From Cryomorphaceae bacterium (GTDB lineage: Bacteria > Bacteroidota > Bacteroidia > Flavobacteriales > Schleiferiaceae), in assembly GCA_017858515.1 (NCBI GenBank), contig JAFMBM010000008.1, positions 1,357-65,356 on the forward strand: a stretch of DNA of 64,000 nucleotides, read 5' to 3'. Both the position numbers and the translations under genes were made by a program. The notes beneath the pieces were generated by a model that worked only from the letters and a program-made list of their open reading frames with translations, made no database searches and had not been told where the DNA came from. Positions 38,005 through 46,717 of this stretch are shown here, piece after piece; position 1 is the stretch's first letter, and each line of letters starts with the position of its first letter.

Positions 38005-39312
38005 TTAGGCTTCTTCTAGCCAATTGAGTCTATCAGCTTGAGCAAATTGCCATGGTGCAGCATTGTTTTCCACATTTGCCATCATTAGGTTTAATTCTTG
38101 TGGCGCAGCCGATTCTTCCATTACCAAATAGCGACGCATTTCAATAATAATTGAAAGAGGGTCTATACCTATAGGACAAGCTTGTACGCAGGCATTACAG
38201 GTGGTACAAGCCCATAATTCTTCTCTACTAATGAAATCGTCGAGTAGGCTACGACCATCGTCTATGAAACTTCCTTTTTTATCAATGACTTTACCTACTT
38301 CATCCAATCGATCACGCGTATCCATCATGATTTTTCTCGGCGAAAGCTTTTTTCCAGTTTGATTTGCAGGGCATTCTGAGGTGCAACGACCACATTCTGT
38401 GCAGGAGTAGGCATTCATTAACTGAACCCAATTCAAATCCATTACATCTTTTGCACCAAATCGTTCTGGAGGAGGTGCATTTGGATCAGGTGCAGCGTAA
38501 GGATCAGCATTGGGATCCATCATTTTTTTAACTTCTTCTGTAACTGATTCCATATTGGAAAAACGGCCTTTCTGATCTAAATTGGCGTACCAAACATTTG
38601 GAAAAGACAAAAAGATATGGAAGTGTTTTGAAAAGGGAAGGTAATTCAGGAAAGCTAAAATCCCTAGGATGTGTAGCCACCAAAATGTACGTTCAAGAAT
38701 GTGTAAGCTACTTTGCTCTAGTCCATTAAATAAAGGAGCGATAAGGCCACTAATCAAAAAAGGACCAACGGTTTCAGAGTCAAAGTTAGACTCAACCGCA
38801 TTCATTAAAAGAAGCGCATACATAAGTGCCAATTCGATGTAAAGAATATTCTTAGCATCGCTTGAAGCCCAGCCTTTCATCTCAGGAGAATGGAAACGCT
38901 TGATTTTAACAAGGACTCTTCTGGCTAAAAAGACGAGGCAAGCAAGAATGACTCCAACCGCTAAAATTTCAAAGAAATTGATAGCAAGAGTATAAATTCC
39001 ACCTAAAAAACTTGAAAATACTCTATGCGTCCCAAAGATTCCATCTATCAGTATCTCAAGTACTTCAATATTGATTAACACAAATCCCACATAAATTAAT
39101 ATGTGAAAGAAGCCAGCAACAGGTCTTACCACCATTTTAGATTGACCTAAAGCAACTTTTGCCATTAAAGCCCATCGCTCTCCTTTTCGATCACTTCTAT
39201 TGATTTCCTTCCCGAGGAAAATATTCCTTCTAATCTTATTTGCATTCTTTGCGAACAGAAAAGAGGCTAAAGCGAGAATAACCGTGAAAATTACATTGTC
39301 AATCCATTCCAT
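38005..39312 (-). CDS. Membrane (Fe-S)-binding protein: polytopic N-terminal domain fused to a 2x[4Fe-4S] ferredoxin domain
   Basis: About 5-6 TM helices, then CTECGRCTSECP and CTTCNACVQACP cluster motifs. Architecture resembles HdrE/DsrM plus the ferredoxin part of HdrD/DsrK. Confidence 0.8.
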   Translation of the reverse strand: MEWIDNVIFTVILALASFLFAKNANKIRRNIFLGKEINRSDRKGERWALMAKVALGQSKMVVRPVAGFFHILIYVGFVLINIEVLEILIDGIFGTHRVFSSFLGGIYTLAINFFEILAVGVILACLVFLARRVLVKIKRFHSPEMKGWASSDAKNILYIELALMYALLLMNAVESNFDSETVGPFLISGLIAPLFNGLEQSSLHILERTFWWLHILGILAFLNYLPFSKHFHIFLSFPNVWYANLDQKGRFSNMESVTEEVKKMMDPNADPYAAPDPNAPPPERFGAKDVMDLNWVQLMNAYSCTECGRCTSECPANQTGKKLSPRKIMMDTRDRLDEVGKVIDKKGSFIDDGRSLLDDFISREELWACTTCNACVQACPIGIDPLSIIIEMRRYLVMEESAAPQELNLMMANVENNAAPWQFAQADRLNWLEEA

Positions 39313-39335
39313 ATCTAGGGAGATATTTCTGTTTT

Positions 39336-40343
39336 TTAATCTTTAAACTCTTCAGTTGATATCTTATCCATTTCCTCCTTATCGTATTCTTTGGAATTAC
39401 CAAAAACAGAAAAATGAATGTATCGGTTAGGATTGTATTTCACATCCAACAACAGCAGTTTTAGCTGTTCGGCCGCATCCGCCATATCGTCATATAGTTG
39501 AGGGTCGTTAATTAGTTTTCCAGCCGAACCAGTTCCGTTATTTACTTTCGTAAAGATTTCTTCCGTCTGCGCCAGAGCTGTGTTAAGTGAACGCAATGTT
39601 TCACCAATTTTGGCCTTTGCAATGGTATCTGAAATTGATTCAGCATTGGCGATAATCGCACTTAATTCAGTCTCATTTTCTTTTAAACCATTGGAAATAC
39701 TTGTAATGTTAGCAATCAAAGAAGTAAGATTGACACGATTATCTGTAATAAGCAAATCAATTTCTTTGGTAGTGTGTTCTAAAGTCTCAAAGCTTTTCCG
39801 AACGCTTGTGAAGGTGGCGATAAAATTGTTTCGAGTTTGCTCATTTAGAAAGCTAGTCACCAATGTGATAGCGGTATCAATACTTCCAATAAGGCTTTCA
39901 GCTTTTTGTTTTAATGGAAGAACTTGACGATTAACTTCTTCAGTAAGACTTAGCATTATTTCTGATCCAAGTGTATCACCCTCAGACAAAAGATTGGAAT
40001 AATCTTGGCCTAAAATCAATTCTATCGATTTATCTCCCATTAAGCTGGTGCTATTAATTCTAGCAATACTGCTTTTAGGGATGGTAAAATCTGTATTCAA
40101 TGACATTTCAACAACTAAACTGCCATCCTTGTTTGGATGAAAGTAAATTCTATTTACTTGACCTACTTGGAACCCATTAATTGTAACGGGTCGAGCAGGG
40201 GTAAGCCCATCTACCTTCTGATAAATAGAGTAAACCAATGTTTGGGAACTAAAGATATTTTTTCCTTTTAGGAAATTGATTCCCCAATAAAGCATGGCAA
40301 GTGCGAGGAGAGCGATTAGGCCAGCGCGGATTTGTCTAGACAA
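39336..40343 (-). CDS. MlaD/MCE family protein
   Basis: N-terminal TM, then MCE core VDGLTPARPVTINGFQVGQV. Long helical C-terminal region. Confidence 0.75.
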   Translation of the reverse strand: MSRQIRAGLIALLALAMLYWGINFLKGKNIFSSQTLVYSIYQKVDGLTPARPVTINGFQVGQVNRIYFHPNKDGSLVVEMSLNTDFTIPKSSIARINSTSLMGDKSIELILGQDYSNLLSEGDTLGSEIMLSLTEEVNRQVLPLKQKAESLIGSIDTAITLVTSFLNEQTRNNFIATFTSVRKSFETLEHTTKEIDLLITDNRVNLTSLIANITSISNGLKENETELSAIIANAESISDTIAKAKIGETLRSLNTALAQTEEIFTKVNNGTGSAGKLINDPQLYDDMADAAEQLKLLLLDVKYNPNRYIHFSVFGNSKEYDKEEMDKISTEEFKD

Positions 40344-40381
40344 TGGTATTCGATTTAGAACAAAGACAAGTATAACTCAAA

Positions 40382-41683
40382 TTAATTGGACAGTCTTCTA
40401 GCTTCATTAATATCTATTCTATGTCCTTCTTTAAAAGCAATAACAAAAGCACCTTCAAAGCCAAGTCGTCTCATCTCTATCGCAGCTTTTTGAGCATCAG
40501 AATAGTTTGAATAACGGCCATAGGTATACTTATAACTATTTCCATCTGGATAGAACTCAACTTTTCCTGCAATGGACTTGAATTCTGAGCTCGATTCAAG
40601 TGGCAGTTTTTTCGCACTAGTTTTAATCTGTACACGAAAGTCAACAATTAATTTACTTTCTACCAAAGGTACGTCTGTACTCTTTGGCAATTCGTTCATT
40701 TGATCTTGAACATTATTGTTCGATTCTGATTTACCTTTTGGAGTTTCATTTGCTACCACAGGCTTGTTATTTGAACCTGTATTCTTGATTACCCTAGGCG
40801 CGTCAATATTGTCATTGTCGTTTTTAAATTGCTCCACTGCGCGGTAGATGGCTTCAGCCATCTTCTTTTTACCGGCAAGACTATTTAAAAAATCTTCCTC
40901 TTTAGAATTGGTTAGAAAGCCCAATTCAATAAGAATGGCAGGCATGGCAGCCCTACTAGTTACCCACAAAGGCTGTTGTTTAACGCCCCTATCCTTTCTT
41001 CCAACATTTTCTCTAAATTCGTCTTGTACGTATTGAGCCAATGTAATGCTCTGACTTTGAAAGTGATTTTGATATAAAGTAAGGCCGATATATGTTTCTG
41101 GTTTAGAAGGATCAAAGCCTTCGTAGTTTTCTTCGTAGTTCTCCTCTAAGAAGATTACTGAATTTTCACGCTGAGCAACACGCATATTCTCATCGCTATG
41201 ATCTTTTCCCATTACATAGGTAGAGCTTCCAACGGCAGAAGAAGTTGTGAAGGCATCGCAATGGATTGAAATAAATAGATCTGCTTTTTCACGATTGGCA
41301 ATGCTAGGTCTTTCAATGAGTTCCAATGTTTTATCTCTGTCGCGTGTGTAGATAATCTCTACACCCGGCATCCTTTCTTCTATGATTTTCCCTGTCATCA
41401 AAGAAATGTCCAATGAGATATCTTTTTCCTTCGCTTTGTAGCGTCCGGTTCCAAGATTTCCTGGATCTGATCCACCATGGCCCGCGTCGATAACAATTTT
41501 CTTAACAGTTGAATTTAATTGCTTCTTGGCAAATACACTCATATCCACTCCAGAAAATAGAGTGGCCAATAGAAGGAGGCTTAATTTAAATACTGTTTTC
41601 AATATGTTATAATTTTTCAAAGTGCTTAAGTGGTCTGCTTTTTGAATAGCTTTGCCACGCAACGCACGAAACAACTGTGCCAA
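40382..41683 (-). CDS. N-acetylmuramoyl-L-alanine amidase with C-terminal SPOR-like domain
   Basis: Amidase_3 motifs IVIDAGHGGSDPG and FISIHCDA. C-terminal FRVQI...YSDAQKAAIEMRRLGFEGAFVIAF. The true start is probably an internal TTG (41620 or 41602, the latter giving MKTVFKLSLLLLATLF). Confidence 0.85.
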   Translation of the reverse strand: MAQLFRALRGKAIQKADHLSTLKNYNILKTVFKLSLLLLATLFSGVDMSVFAKKQLNSTVKKIVIDAGHGGSDPGNLGTGRYKAKEKDISLDISLMTGKIIEERMPGVEIIYTRDRDKTLELIERPSIANREKADLFISIHCDAFTTSSAVGSSTYVMGKDHSDENMRVAQRENSVIFLEENYEENYEGFDPSKPETYIGLTLYQNHFQSQSITLAQYVQDEFRENVGRKDRGVKQQPLWVTSRAAMPAILIELGFLTNSKEEDFLNSLAGKKKMAEAIYRAVEQFKNDNDNIDAPRVIKNTGSNNKPVVANETPKGKSESNNNVQDQMNELPKSTDVPLVESKLIVDFRVQIKTSAKKLPLESSSEFKSIAGKVEFYPDGNSYKYTYGRYSNYSDAQKAAIEMRRLGFEGAFVIAFKEGHRIDINEARRLSN

Positions 41684-41697
41684 GCCAAAAATAAGGA

Positions 41698-44271
41698 TTG
41701 CCTTTGCGCTTATTTCGGTACATCTTGCTTCTTTTATTCACTTTTAACAGTTTAAACGCACAAACTGTTATTTCTGATAGCACTATTGTGGAAATTGAGG
41801 ATTCTACAAAGCTTATTCAGCAGAAAGACTTTGCCCTAAAAGACATTGTAGATTCTAGAGCAGAAGATAGTACAGTGCTGTCAATGGACGGGAATAAAAC
41901 CTACTTGTACAACAAAGCAGAGGTTGATTATCAGGACATTGGTCTTCAAGCTGGGTATATTGAAATAGATTGGAAACTCAATACTGCTTTCGCATCGGGA
42001 ATTATAGACACGGCAGGAAATATTGTGCAAAAGCCAATTTTTAAGGAGGGTGAAAAAGAATATTATACGGATACCATTTGGTACAATTTTACAAGTAAAA
42101 AGGCGCGAATTAAGAAAGTTATAACCCAAGAGGGCGATGGCTTTTTGCATGGCGATAGAGTTAAGAAGCTCGAGAATAACACTTTTTTTATAAAAGGAGG
42201 TTCGTATACAACTTGTAATTATGAAGAGCCTCACTTCCGAATTAAAACAAATAAAACCAAGGTAATCTCAGGAGATAAAATTGTAACAGGTCCGGCTTAC
42301 CTCGAAATTCTTGATGTTCCAACTCCATTGGTATTGCCTTTTGGATTCTTTCCTACCGAAACAAGAAGGCGGTCTGGAATAATTATACCTACCTGGGGAA
42401 ATAACTTTGAAAGAGGCTATTTCCTAAAAGACGGTGGATACTACTGGGCTGCAAGTGATTTTTATGATTTAACAGTAAAAGGGGAGATTTACACCATGGG
42501 TGGTTGGGGTTTAACCCTTGGTAGCAATTACAATAAGAGGTATGCCTTCAACGGAAATTTTTTAGCTAACTACAACAAAATAAAGATTGGCAGAGAAGGA
42601 TTCACAGAGAATGGTGGGACGTTTAGAAACTCGACCGACTTTAGAGTAGCTTGGACCCATAACCAGGATCCAAAAGCGAGACCAGATCTGCGATTTACTG
42701 CCAGTGTAAACATTGCAACAGGTACCTATTTTCAGAATACTCAACAGCAAGCAAATCAAGTTCTTACTAGTCAGTTGAACTCTAATATTGCCATACAGAA
42801 AAGTTGGATCGGAAAGCCATATAGTCTTTCTGTTAACCTAGGTCATAGTCAGAATATACAGCAGAACACCATTTCGTTAACCTTGCCAAAACTGGCCTTT
42901 AACGTCAATCGCTTTACACCATTTAAGAAAGAAAGTAGAATAGGTGAATCGAAGTGGTATGAGGATATAGGTGTGAACTATTCATTTCAAGCTGAGAATA
43001 GGATTAACACTAATTTAGATGATGATATTTTTTCTGAACAAAATTTAGCAAGAAATGCACGTTATGGGGCACAACACATAAGCTCCATTCAAACCAATAT
43101 GAAATTGTTTAAATATTGGACTTTTTCTCCTTCTATTAATATGAACAATAGATGGTATGGATCTCGATTAAGTTACAATTACATCGATTCTACTGGTATT
43201 TTAGATATAGATACAGTTGCTGGTTTTAACAATGCTTTTGATTTCGCCTTGAGAGGGAATTTAGCAACAAAAGTATATGGGCAATTTAATTATAGGGGAA
43301 AGGTTCGAGCCATCCGTCATGTACTTACCCCAAGCATAGGCTTTAATTATAGTCCTGATTTTAGCGATCCTGTTTGGGGTTATTATCAAACCTATCAAGC
43401 TGATTCCTTGGGTACTATTCGTACACAATCTGTTTACAACGGGTATTTGTATGGTACTCCATCAAAAGGAGTGAATGCATCAGTAAATTTTGGTATCCAG
43501 AATACCCTAGAAATGAAAGTTAAGACAGATCGCGATTCATCTGGGCTAAAGAAAATCAAGATCCTAGAAGGATTTAGTGTAAACACCAGTTATAATGCAG
43601 CAGCCACAGAATTTCAATGGAGTGATATTAGTTTAAATGCAAGAACTTCTGCTTTAGATGGACTTTTTCAATTTCAGTTTAGCACGAGATTAGATCTTTA
43701 TGGAATTGATCCAGAGGGAAAGAGAGTGAATCAAAGTGCATATCAAGTAAACGGAGTGCTTTTTAGAAGGACGCAGACCACCTTTACAACGGGTATTCAA
43801 CTTACTCCTGATCGATTGTTTGGTGGAGATAAAAAATCAGCAAATCAAAATAATAATTCAGGTCAAGAGCTGGAAAACAAGGGAATAAATATGGGAGTCG
43901 GCGATATTGATTATATGAGATCTACTGATTTTGTTGACTTTAATGTGCCATGGAATTTAGGGATGAATTTTAATATGACTTGGCAAAATCAAGGTCTTGT
44001 TCAAAATAAAAGACAGTCTGTAGATATAAACGCAAGTATAGAATTGACGAAATCTTGGCGAATTGGATTTAGAACGGGTTATGACATGGTAAAGAAGGAT
44101 ATAACTTTTACCACTATTGATTTTTATAGGGATCTGCATTGCTGGCAAATCAATGTTTTCTGGGTGCCTTTTGGCTTTCAAAGAAGCTATACCATTGGTA
44201 TAAGTGCAAAATCAAATATTTTACAAGATTTGAAGCTTGAGAGAAGGAGGGGAATAGGAGACTTTGAATAG
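41698..44271 (+). CDS. Putative LPS-assembly protein LptD (Bacteroidota OstA-like outer membrane protein)
   Basis: Signal peptide LLLLFTFNSLNAQ. 857-aa beta-rich protein with an OstA-like N-terminal region. TTG start. Confidence 0.65.
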   Translation: MPLRLFRYILLLLFTFNSLNAQTVISDSTIVEIEDSTKLIQQKDFALKDIVDSRAEDSTVLSMDGNKTYLYNKAEVDYQDIGLQAGYIEIDWKLNTAFASGIIDTAGNIVQKPIFKEGEKEYYTDTIWYNFTSKKARIKKVITQEGDGFLHGDRVKKLENNTFFIKGGSYTTCNYEEPHFRIKTNKTKVISGDKIVTGPAYLEILDVPTPLVLPFGFFPTETRRRSGIIIPTWGNNFERGYFLKDGGYYWAASDFYDLTVKGEIYTMGGWGLTLGSNYNKRYAFNGNFLANYNKIKIGREGFTENGGTFRNSTDFRVAWTHNQDPKARPDLRFTASVNIATGTYFQNTQQQANQVLTSQLNSNIAIQKSWIGKPYSLSVNLGHSQNIQQNTISLTLPKLAFNVNRFTPFKKESRIGESKWYEDIGVNYSFQAENRINTNLDDDIFSEQNLARNARYGAQHISSIQTNMKLFKYWTFSPSINMNNRWYGSRLSYNYIDSTGILDIDTVAGFNNAFDFALRGNLATKVYGQFNYRGKVRAIRHVLTPSIGFNYSPDFSDPVWGYYQTYQADSLGTIRTQSVYNGYLYGTPSKGVNASVNFGIQNTLEMKVKTDRDSSGLKKIKILEGFSVNTSYNAAATEFQWSDISLNARTSALDGLFQFQFSTRLDLYGIDPEGKRVNQSAYQVNGVLFRRTQTTFTTGIQLTPDRLFGGDKKSANQNNNSGQELENKGINMGVGDIDYMRSTDFVDFNVPWNLGMNFNMTWQNQGLVQNKRQSVDINASIELTKSWRIGFRTGYDMVKKDITFTTIDFYRDLHCWQINVFWVPFGFQRSYTIGISAKSNILQDLKLERRRGIGDFE

Positions 44272-44283
44272 TATAGAACACAA

Positions 44284-44313
44284 ATAAAAAAAGCGCCTAT
44301 GGCGCTTTTTTTA
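44284..44313. terminator. Bidirectional intrinsic terminator
   Basis: AAAAAAAGCGCC-tat-GGCGCTTTTTTT lies between the convergent stops at 44271 (+) and 44331 (-). Confidence 0.85.
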
Positions 44314-44330
44314 TTCTGAACTGGGGTATA

Positions 44331-44564
44331 TTATTTCTTTACAATATTGTATCCCATCTCGTCTAGTTGAATGCGAAGTCTTTCTATTTCTTCTTCCTTT
44401 CTGCGATCGAATTCTACCTCAATATTCTTCATTAGTCCTTGGAGTTCATTGATTTCCATTTTGCTCAAAAACTGAGTAGCAAAAAGACTTTTCAATGTAC
44501 CATTGTTATTCATGTTCTCACGAAGTTTCTTCGCCAAAACACCTGGTGTTAAATTTTCTCCCAT
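44331..44564 (-). CDS. Small charged coiled-coil protein, unknown function
   Basis: 77-aa ORF bounded by a strong terminator and a 218-bp AT-rich upstream region. The C-terminal half EINELQGLMKNIEVEFDRRKEEEIERLRIQLDEMG looks like a coiled coil. Confidence 0.55.
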   Translation of the reverse strand: MGENLTPGVLAKKLRENMNNNGTLKSLFATQFLSKMEINELQGLMKNIEVEFDRRKEEEIERLRIQLDEMGYNIVKK

Positions 44565-44755
44565 CGTATTATTTTTTTATTAGAAACGAAGCAAAATTAC
44601 ATTTTTTATATCATTTATTCAACAAGCTTATAACTTGACTTAACCTCAAATATATTCTTACAATAATCAGGTTATGAAAGTATGGCTTCATTATAATTCG
44701 GCCATTGAAACCAGATTTACCTTATTCTAGGTACATTTTGAGATTGTCAAAAGAC

Positions 44756-44763
44756 TACATTTG
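44756..44763 (+). promoter_or_regulatory. Candidate -7 box (TAnnTTTG) for the CapD/XrtF cluster
   Basis: TACATTTG lies 20 nt upstream of the ATG at 44783. A TTTG occurs at 44737..44740, but the spacing is shorter than canonical. Confidence 0.3.
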
Positions 44764-44782
44764 TTATCCTAATCTATAATTT

Positions 44783-46717
44783 ATGCTGCGGAAGTTTGTA
44801 AACGCATACACCGATAGGTTTCTCAGTAGATGGGTTGTTTTAGCCTTTGATTTTGTGATAGCAACGTTTGGTTATTTGCTTGCAAATCAAATTGTTAGCA
44901 ACTTCAATGCGGTGGGATTCTTTCTAATTGAAGTACAACAACAAGCCGTTTTTGCTGGAGTGGCTTACCTTATTGGTTTTATGGTTTCAGGATCCTATTC
45001 TGGTATAATTAGACATACAAGTGTCGAGGATGCGTACAAAATAATTAAGTCTACTTCCATTGCCTTAGTCATTCTTTTGTTTTGTTCGGCACTTGTTTAC
45101 CTAAGTGGCAAATATGAGTTGCCCATTTATATTCCCCGCTCAATATTGCTTGTGCATTTCATGGTAGTAAACTTCTTTCTAATCGGAAGTCGATTTTTTA
45201 TCAAATCAATTTATAATCGAATTCGTTTAAAGGATCATCCGGGTAAAAAGCCCATTTTAATTTATGGAGCTGGATCAAGTGGATTAATAACGAGGCAAAC
45301 GTTTGAAAAAGAAAGAGATGGAAATTTCTATGTAGTTGGATTTATTGATGATAATCCGTCTAAAGTTGGCAAAACGCTAGAGGGTTGTGTAGTTTTAAGT
45401 AGAGAAAAGGCCTTGAATCCTGAATTTATTAAGAAGTATAACATTCATCAAGTTATTCTGTCTATTCAGAAACTCTTGCCCAGCGAAAGGAAGGAAATTG
45501 TTGAAAGGTGCCTGGAATTGAATGTGAAGGTAAAGGTGGTTCCGCCAATCGATCGATGGATTCAGGGAGAATTGAGTAGTAAGCAGATTAAAGCCGTTCG
45601 CATTGAAGATTTACTGCAAAGAGAACCTATTCGCTTAGATAGCGACAACATTCGAAGAGAACTTCATGGTAAGGTGATTCTAATAAGTGGTGCGGCGGGT
45701 TCTATTGGTTCTGAGATTGTTAGGCAAGTGTTGCATTATTCTCCAGAGAAAGTGGTATTGCTCGATCAGGCTGAAAGTGCCTTGTATGAGCTGGAAATGG
45801 AGTTGAAACAAAATCTCCCTAAGCTCTTTGATCTATGTGAGGTGGTGATAGGAAGTGTTTCTGATCCACTTCGAATGCGCAAATTATTTCATGCTTTTCG
45901 ACCCAATATTGTTTTCCATGCAGCCGCCTACAAGCATGTGCCCTTGATGGAGAATAATCCATATGAAGCCACAAAAGTGAATATATTGGGGACTAAGACT
46001 TTGGCCGATCTTTCTATCGAATTTGGTGCTGCCAAATTCGTTATGGTTTCAACAGATAAAGCGGTAAATCCTACCAATGTTATGGGTGCCTCTAAAAGGG
46101 TGGCTGAGCTCTACATACAGAGTAGAATGATGCGTGCACGCGTTAAAACACAATTTATCACTACCCGTTTCGGAAATGTTTTAGGATCAAATGGATCTGT
46201 AATTCCGCTTTTTAAGAAACAAATTGAGAAAGGAGGGCCGATTACCATCACCCATAAAGATATCACTCGTTATTTCATGACTATTCCCGAAGCTTGTAAT
46301 CTTGTGTTGGAAGCAGGAGCCATGGGGAATGGAGGTGAAATTTTTGTTTTTGATATGGGCGAAAGCGTTAAGATTCTAGATTTGGCGCATAAAATGATCA
46401 AACTTTCAGGACTTGAAGTTGGTAAAGACATTGAAATATCCTTTTCAGGGCTTAGACCTGGAGAGAAACTGTATGAAGAGCTGTTGGCGACGAAGGAAAG
46501 TACTAAGCCTACTCATCATCCGAAAATTATGATAGCCGAAGTTTCTTCCCATCCAATTGAGAAAATAGAGTCTGGATTAAATGATATACTCACCCTAATA
46601 AATGCCAGTGATGATAATTTTGTTCTGGTAGCAGCTATTAAAAGATTAGTTCCAGAATATTTGAGTAACAATTCAAAATTTGCGACTCTTGATCTCAAGA
46701 AGGCTGGGAATGAATAA
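44783..46717 (+). CDS. Polysaccharide biosynthesis protein CapD/WbpM type (membrane NDP-sugar 4,6-dehydratase/epimerase)
   Basis: 4-5 N-terminal TM helices, Rossmann motifs IYGAGSSG and ISGAAGSIGSE, and the YKHV/STDKAV catalytic region. Confidence 0.85.
   Translation: MLRKFVNAYTDRFLSRWVVLAFDFVIATFGYLLANQIVSNFNAVGFFLIEVQQQAVFAGVAYLIGFMVSGSYSGIIRHTSVEDAYKIIKSTSIALVILLFCSALVYLSGKYELPIYIPRSILLVHFMVVNFFLIGSRFFIKSIYNRIRLKDHPGKKPILIYGAGSSGLITRQTFEKERDGNFYVVGFIDDNPSKVGKTLEGCVVLSREKALNPEFIKKYNIHQVILSIQKLLPSERKEIVERCLELNVKVKVVPPIDRWIQGELSSKQIKAVRIEDLLQREPIRLDSDNIRRELHGKVILISGAAGSIGSEIVRQVLHYSPEKVVLLDQAESALYELEMELKQNLPKLFDLCEVVIGSVSDPLRMRKLFHAFRPNIVFHAAAYKHVPLMENNPYEATKVNILGTKTLADLSIEFGAAKFVMVSTDKAVNPTNVMGASKRVAELYIQSRMMRARVKTQFITTRFGNVLGSNGSVIPLFKKQIEKGGPITITHKDITRYFMTIPEACNLVLEAGAMGNGGEIFVFDMGESVKILDLAHKMIKLSGLEVGKDIEISFSGLRPGEKLYEELLATKESTKPTHHPKIMIAEVSSHPIEKIESGLNDILTLINASDDNFVLVAAIKRLVPEYLSNNSKFATLDLKKAGNE

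Noticed and set aside
37403-38023. 5'-extended versions of several ORFs in the track: 38023, 37476, 4788, 4662, 12611, 46680, 55101 and 63215.
   Set aside because: In each case an internal ATG gives a canonical N-terminus (signal peptide, lipobox, Rossmann start or family-typical first residues) and removes an implausible overlap with the neighbouring gene.
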